Shown here piece after piece: positions 1-64,000 of a stretch of 64,000 bases of DNA; the first letter of the stretch is position 1; each line of letters starts with the position of its first letter. Below the pieces are notes generated by a model. It was not told the DNA's origin. It did no database searches and saw nothing but the letters and a program-made list of their open reading frames with translations. The translations under genes and the position numbers were made by a program. This DNA is from the human T2T-CHM13v2.0 reference genome, Homo sapiens, in the NCBI RefSeq assembly GCF_009914755.1, contig NC_060929.1. One strand, given 5' to 3'.

Positions 1-2881
1 TTTCTGTTCTAGATGTGTCCTCAGTTAACCACCCAGCCCCTTCATCTTACAAATGAGCTCCAGAGAGCTGGGATAACTTTTTCAAAATCTCCCAGCACTT
101 GAGTGCTAGAACAAGACCACAGACAAAGGTCCAATAACCTACAAAACATCACATTGTTCACTGACGCATTCTGGGGCTGTGTGCAAGTCCTCCTTCTGGG
201 CCTTATATTTACATTGAGCATTTATTCCGGATTTGCTCAAAGCAGTTTTAACGTTCAATATTGCGTTTCACTCAGCCTCAGATCCATCTGTCATGCTGGT
301 CCAGCTTGCCTTCCATCCCTGTGCTCCCCACTGTATTTCCAGGAACCCCTGAGAGGCTTATCAACCTTTACATCCTTTCTACCAAAACCTTCCTCCTTCA
401 GCTCCTTGGGGGCAATGGAGGACTGATTGTTCCAAGTTTTCCTATGGTGGCCTGGATTTCTCCACTGGGAGAGGTGGCTCTGGGGGTGGAGTTGGCAAAG
501 GAGACAAAGGAGAGAAAAAAAAAAGGGAAAAAACAGGAGCTGTTTCCAATGAGGTTGTAGGCCATGACCTAATTGATTCCGCAGCCATGAAGTCAATTGT
601 TCCACCACCTGCACGGCCCAGAACAGCCTGTGCTCTGGTTTGCCTGCTCGTGAGACCAGACATTGTTTGATGTGATGAATTTTCATAATGCCTGATGGAA
701 GATGAACCCTTCCCAGACTTCTGCCACCACCACCATCTCCACCACACTCCTGCCTCTTCGTAGGGGTGGGGTCGGGGGCCACAAGCAATGCTCCACACTG
801 AGTTTAAAATGTTTAGGCGTATAGTAAGCGCTAAAGGAAGCTTTTCTTCTCATAGACTTACAGCATGTCAGTTCTAAAAGAAAAGCTCAGCCTCTTCATT
901 CTGCGTACAAGTGAACAGAGGCCCCAGAGAAGTGAGGGTAAAGTTCACTGTTGTCCAGAGACTCAGTGGCAGTGATGAGACCAGAGGTTGGGTGGTCTGA
1001 CTATCAGACCACTGTGTCTCCCACTGTCCTGAGCTGTTCCCTCCCCTCATGCAGTGACTTCTGAAGCTGCCTTCTCCTCACTCAGCCTCACCCCTTAAGC
1101 CTCCAGTCCCCAAAGGTGAACAAACATTTATGAAATATTTCTGGCATTCACCTGGCAGTCTCTCCTATTTTTAACCTGGCTGCTTTTGCAAAACAACTTC
1201 CCCTGTTAAAGGTGAGATAGTATTTGCTGGGGTGTTTTCACTCAGTTCCAGGTTGACTCTTCAGACTTACAGTCTTGCTAACTATCTTATTGGTTTTCCC
1301 ATCATTGATCACCCTTGAGAAAGCTGACTTGTACTAACCAACTCCTCAGAAAACTGATGTAGAAAGCCCGAATACCTGTTCATCAATGTGGATGAGAGGT
1401 GTGACCTTGAGTTGGATTGTTTCATGGTGGCCTGGCCAGCACCTGGCCTCTCAGAGGCAATCTAGGTGGAAAGTCAGTCCATCAGACAGCAGCCTCAGAA
1501 CCAGGGGAGCTGGTGACAGGATTTGAATGGGCACCGCAGTTGCCTTCCTCTGATTGCTAATCAGGCCCCTTCCTCGCTGGTGCATCCTTGCTTTAGCTGA
1601 TTGGTACATTCAGTGGGTTTCTACAGTTCTGGTGGCCCTGTGAGCCATTTATTGCCTTGGAAGAAATTTTGCATCTTTCTGCTCTGCCCATCATGTGTTG
1701 ATTTCACAACTTAACTCCTTACAAGTAAATCTCATATTTCTAAGTCCTTCAGTGGGGGTGGATCTCACATAATTCAATTGTTGAAACACCTATAAATCTA
1801 CTTGTTTTTCTGTTTTGTCCTACATTTATTTCTCCCTATTATCCAAAAGAATATTCCAAAAGACTAGGAAATGCCTTGTAAAATCCTGTTGCATCTCTGT
1901 TCAAAAGCCATCGATGCAATTGATCATTTTTGCAGCTGAGTGATGGAGAATTATTACAATCTTCTCCCATTTTTGTATATGTTTGAGATATTTTTCTAAA
2001 TTTTTCTAAACTAGGGAAAAAAACGTCCACGGCTCTTCAGTATCCTACAAAACCTAATCTTCTTAAACTGGATTCAGGCCTTCCTCCAACTGGTCTGCAC
2101 AATCTTTTCCTGCATTACTTCCCACCACTTCCTACAAACACCACCCCTACTTCTAGCCTTTACACAAATATCACTTGCACCTTCCTGCCTCTGTGCTTTG
2201 GCTCATTCATTCTGTTCCTTTAGTGTTCAACTCAGATGCTACCTCCTCTGAAAAGCCTCCCATGATCCCTTGCAACTGACAAGGCTTCCTTCTTCTACCT
2301 CATTCACAGTCCTTACTGCTTGCACCGGTTCCGTGGACCATCACCGATGATATGGGACATTTTTTCTATATGATCTTCTCTCTGCAGCATTTTTAGCTCT
2401 TTGAGATTCAGGGATTGTGTTTTATTCTTCCTGCCTGAGAATAGACACCCCCCACTCCTTATGGCTATGGTGAGCACAGATTCTAGACTTCAAATCATCC
2501 ATCCCATTGCCATCCGAAGGTGTCTCCAGGTTGGGATTTGGAGCATATGGTCCTCACACTGCTCTTCACCTGGCACAGAATCATGCACATAGGAAGTACC
2601 CAGGAAATGTTTAACTGAATGATTCTTTTATTACATTCATATTTCCACCAGCTGTGTGGCCTTGCGTGAGCCACATGGCATTAAACTTTTCATTCATGTA
2701 TTGGGAGGATTGTACACCACCAGTGCTTCTTAGTGTGCATCAGAATCAGCCTATCCGGGTGAGGGAATGCTGTTCAAATGCAGATGCCCAGGCCTCAGTC
2801 CCATGGAGTCTGATTCAGGCCCGGGCATCTGGATTATAAGAAGCTCTCGGGGTGATACTGATGCTAGTGGCCTACTGGCCA

Positions 2882-3007
2882 TTCTTTAAGGAATACTGGC
2901 CCCAAAGGCCTGTGAAGTCTGACATGCTACCATTCTGTGGCCACTTCTTTAAGGAATACTGGCCCCAAAGGCCTGTGAAGTCTGACATGCTACCATTCTG
3001 TGGCCAC
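2882..3007. repeat. Perfect 63-bp tandem duplication (2 copies)
   Basis: TTCTTTAAGGAATACTGGCCCCAAAGGCCTGTGAAGTCTGACATGCTACCATTCTGTGGCCAC at 2882-2944 and 2945-3007, identical. Confidence 0.97.
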
Positions 3008-3109
3008 TCATGACACAGTGAGACACCAGCCTTTCCCCCAGCGAGGACCTTCTGCTTACAGACCCTCCCTGGACTCAACCTGCCCTTGTTTTCCTCCTTG
3101 TTCCCCAAG

Positions 3110-63222
<60,113 letters not shown>

Positions 63223-64000
63223 GCAGAGGCTCTATAAATATATATGCATTTATATAAAGATATATGTAAAATCTCTCTACTGAAGCTCGGTATAATCCTC
63301 TCTTGTGTAATGGGACACACTGCCTGCCATGAGACTTGCTTTTCTGTACTGTCAGGCAAGCCCACGTCATCGAGATATTTTTATGCTCCTTACTTTCTCT
63401 TTTCTAAGTGCTGTGGGATCTGGGAAGGGATTTGAGGGGACTCTGTCCTTTTATTGGGGATCCTTTTTATACTGAAACATCTGTCCTAACTTGAGTGCCC
63501 CAAGGTCCAACTCTCTTTCCTAAAGAAGGTGCCTGAAGAAGTCTCTCTTCTCTCTGCTTCGTGGCCCCTTTCTTAAATTTCTAGGGCTGATGCTGACCAT
63601 GTGGTTTCCACACCTTATTGGCCCCAGAGGGGCCCTCCCATGGGAAGATCTGCAGCAGTCTCCCCAAATCAGTGAGCACCTTTGAGCGCCCACGAAGAAC
63701 TTTCTCAACACCCCCAATTAGGAGCTCAGTGCTCTCTTGGGGCAATGCAGTTAAAAGGGTGAGCCTCAAATCTAGTCATTACACCAGTCAACAGAAGTGG
63801 ACAGGGCCTAGGCCTCTCCTCAGCTCCTTAACCCTCCTCCTTCTGCCCTGGATTGTAACCTCTCCCTTGTCCAAATCTAGGATTCCTGGTAGGAAAAGGA
63901 AAAGGCCCTTCCCTTCCCTCCACCACTTCCAACTGGCCCCTTTGCCTGACCTGGACTTGGAGAACCAGAGGAAAAGAGAGGGAGCGGAAGTGGGAGATGG
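63223..64000 (+). other. ABLIM3: ABLIM3 3' UTR (continues beyond window)
   Basis: Follows the stop codon and is free of recognisable repeats; I saw no AATAAA before the window end. Confidence 0.85.

Overview
Primate (almost certainly human) genomic DNA, not microbial. The window holds the 3' part of the + strand gene ABLIM3 (actin-binding LIM protein 3; human 5q32 by recollection). I traced 21 coding exons with canonical AG/GT junctions from 3110 to the TAG at 63220-63222. They splice into one 1901-nt open frame encoding the end of LIM1, LIM2-4, the dematin-like/AbLIM-anchor region and a C-terminal villin headpiece. About 151 coding nt lie upstream of the window, and exon numbers 4-24 assume the canonical 24-exon model. 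The introns contain typical mammalian repeats: 8 Alus (all sense), L1, L2, CR1/L3, MIR, MaLR LTRs, hAT MITEs and tandem repeats. Almost all listed six-frame ORFs are spurious. I see no evidence of a new multi-gene system. The best leads are at the RNA and structural level: an 8-nt frame-gating microexon, a ~104-bp-arm inverted repeat, a cassette-exon cluster with RBFOX/NOVA motifs, a perfect 63-bp duplication, a triplicated (CAY)n compound repeat and an in-frame CR1 endonuclease fossil. Repeat subfamily names come from recognising consensus sequences by eye, not from a database search, and their boundaries are approximate.
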